The position numbers and the translations under genes are program-made. The notes under the pieces were generated by a model, which worked only from the letters and a program-made list of their open reading frames with translations, had not been told where the DNA came from and did not search any database. From Bellilinea caldifistulae (lineage in GTDB: Bacteria; Chloroflexota; Anaerolineae; Anaerolineales; Anaerolineaceae): DNA of 32,000 bases. The stretch spans positions 1 through 32,000 of the forward strand of contig NZ_LGHJ01000006.1 in the NCBI RefSeq assembly GCF_001306055.1, in the 5' to 3' direction. The stretch's first letter is position 1; every line of letters starts with the position of its first letter. Below, piece by piece: positions 30,536 through 32,000 of the stretch.

Positions 30536-32000
30536 AAGGAACCTCCACCAAAATGACCGTTCCTGCGCCGGGGGCGCTTTCAATGCTCAAACGGGCGTTG
30601 ATTTGAGCGGCGCGTTCTTGCATGATTTTCAACCCCATGCCGCTGCTCTGACCACTGCCGGGCACAAACCCGGCTCCGTTATCCGCAATTCGCAGGCGGA
30701 TCAGGCCGGGCTGCTCTTCCAGTCGCACGCTGACCTGTCCGGCGCGGGCGTGTTTTAGGCTGTTGTTGAGGGCTTCCTGAGCGATGCGGTACAGGTTTTC
30801 TTCCAGGCGGCGCGGCAGAGGGGTGTTCAAATTGCTCTGCCATTCGACCTGTGTGCCGGCGCGTTCCTCCACCGATTTCAAGCGGTGAAACAACGCACCG
30901 CTCAAACCAGCCTGTTCCAGCATCGGGGGGCGCAGTTCAAAGATCAGCAGGCGCAGCTCGGTCAGCGCGCTGCGCAGGGTTATGCCGATTTCATCCAGAT
31001 GAGACTGGACCGCCTCCAGATTGCCGCTTTTGATCTGCCTTTCGGCGGCGCGGGTGTACAGCGAGGCGGCATAGAGCGCCTGACTGATCGAATCGTGCAG
31101 GTCGCGCGCCAGCCGGGCGCGTTCTTCGGCGACGGCGGTTTGCTGAATGCGCCGGTACAGGCGGGCATGCTGGATGGCAATGGCAGCCTGGGCCGCAAAC
31201 GAGCGGGCAATCTGCAAGTCGGCTGCGCTCAGGTAACGGCGTTTGTGGTACAGTTCCAGCACGCCGATGGCCTGTCCATCCTCACCCGCCAGCGGCAAAG
31301 CCAGCAGGGCCAGATCGTCAGCGATGAGCGGGGGGTTGGGTGGCAGGTTGACCAGCAGCGGATCGCGGCGGGTGAGCATTTGAACCGGTTGCCAGTCGTC
31401 TTCACCCAGCAGGGGCGGGTTGCCGCTCTGGTGAACCACCGTCAGCCCGGCGGGCGGTTCATGCAGGCGCAGCACACACCCCGAAGCCGAAGTCAACTGC
31501 ATGGCGCCATGGGTGACCAGCGCCAGCACTTCTTTCAATTCGATTTGCTGTAAAATGGCCGCCCCAATTTCCTGCAGGCGGATGGCCTGAAAGACTTGCT
31601 GGGAGGCCAGTTCGTACAGGCGGGCATTATCCAACGCCAGCGCCAGCGAACGCCCCAGCGCTCGAATCAGGCGCAGGCGTTGTTCCGGCAGGTGGATACT
31701 GCTCTGTTCCCAGCCAAGCAGCAGGAATCCCAGCGGCTGAGAGCGATTATGGAGGGTTAGCCCCAGATAGGACCGGCCTTCCAGGTGGTCAAGGATGGAA
31801 GCGCGCAGAGAATGGCGGGCGGTTTCCTCGTTGACCCAGAGTGGATCGAAGCGGCGGTGAAGAGCCTCTGCCAGCAGGTCAGTTGTGGTATCCGGCGAGG
31901 TGGACCAGAAAGCGGCCTTTTCTGGGCGCGAGAAGCGCCCGAGTGCGTACAGCGGGTCGTAGAGGGTGGAATCGCCCTGACGGGCGTAGACCAGCACCTG
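30504..32000 (-). CDS. GAF-domain sensor histidine kinase (HisKA_3/HATPase_c), N-terminus beyond the window
   Basis: H-box ARDLHDSISQ, N-box EALNNSLKHA, and DNGAGF...GMGLKIMQERA, with two GAF-like regions upstream. The ORF is open to the right edge. The 3' end overlaps the response-regulator start by 32 nt. Confidence 0.9.
   Translation of the reverse strand, partial: QVLVYARQGDSTLYDPLYALGRFSRPEKAAFWSTSPDTTTDLLAEALHRRFDPLWVNEETARHSLRASILDHLEGRSYLGLTLHNRSQPLGFLLLGWEQSSIHLPEQRLRLIRALGRSLALALDNARLYELASQQVFQAIRLQEIGAAILQQIELKEVLALVTHGAMQLTSASGCVLRLHEPPAGLTVVHQSGNPPLLGEDDWQPVQMLTRRDPLLVNLPPNPPLIADDLALLALPLAGEDGQAIGVLELYHKRRYLSAADLQIARSFAAQAAIAIQHARLYRRIQQTAVAEERARLARDLHDSISQALYAASLYTRAAERQIKSGNLEAVQSHLDEIGITLRSALTELRLLIFELRPPMLEQAGLSGALFHRLKSVEERAGTQVEWQSNLNTPLPRRLEENLYRIAQEALNNSLKHARAGQVSVRLEEQPGLIRLRIADNGAGFVPGSGQSSGMGLKIMQERAAQINARLSIESAPGAGTVILVEVPYGDDSGTAGG

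Overview
This is a GC-rich bacterial chromosomal window. Thr/Pro-rich lipoprotein linkers and several starts without a Shine-Dalgarno (SD) sequence are reminiscent of Chloroflexota/Anaerolineae, but that is inference only. I can support about 32 protein-coding genes and no rRNA, tRNA or CRISPR array. Most of the window is housekeeping or cell-envelope genes: miaB, tyrS, clpP, M23/LCP/SLT wall enzymes, GNATs, an M3 peptidase, an aminotransferase and a nucleotidyltransferase. An IS5/IS1182-type transposase start lies at the left edge. Four things stand out. (1) At 12357-15482, under a divergent LysR regulator, there is an 11-haem c-type cytochrome lipoprotein. Its reading frame is interrupted by a single in-frame TGA with a GC hairpin just downstream, so it is a selenocysteine/recoding candidate or a pseudogene. 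It is followed by an exported lipoprotein with four catalytically intact rhodanese domains. (2) A tightly coupled minus-strand operon at 24438-29516 encodes 4xCBS, NuoE, NuoF, a [2Fe-2S] ferredoxin, a PAS protein and a SpoIIE/PP2C phosphatase. It resembles the regulatory and diaphorase parts of [FeFe]-hydrogenase loci but has no hydrogenase or other catalytic partner. It sits next to a GAF-histidine kinase/NarL-type pair and a 17-bp perfect palindrome. (3) A non-coding repeat family built around GGGAGATTGCC includes a 93-94 bp tandem array of 5 full units plus 1 partial unit at 23743-24274, and interspersed copies downstream of three other genes. (4) Three genes have a consensus TATAAT 7-8 nt upstream of the start codon, which suggests leaderless mRNAs. 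All functional calls come from motif recognition by eye; no database search was run.
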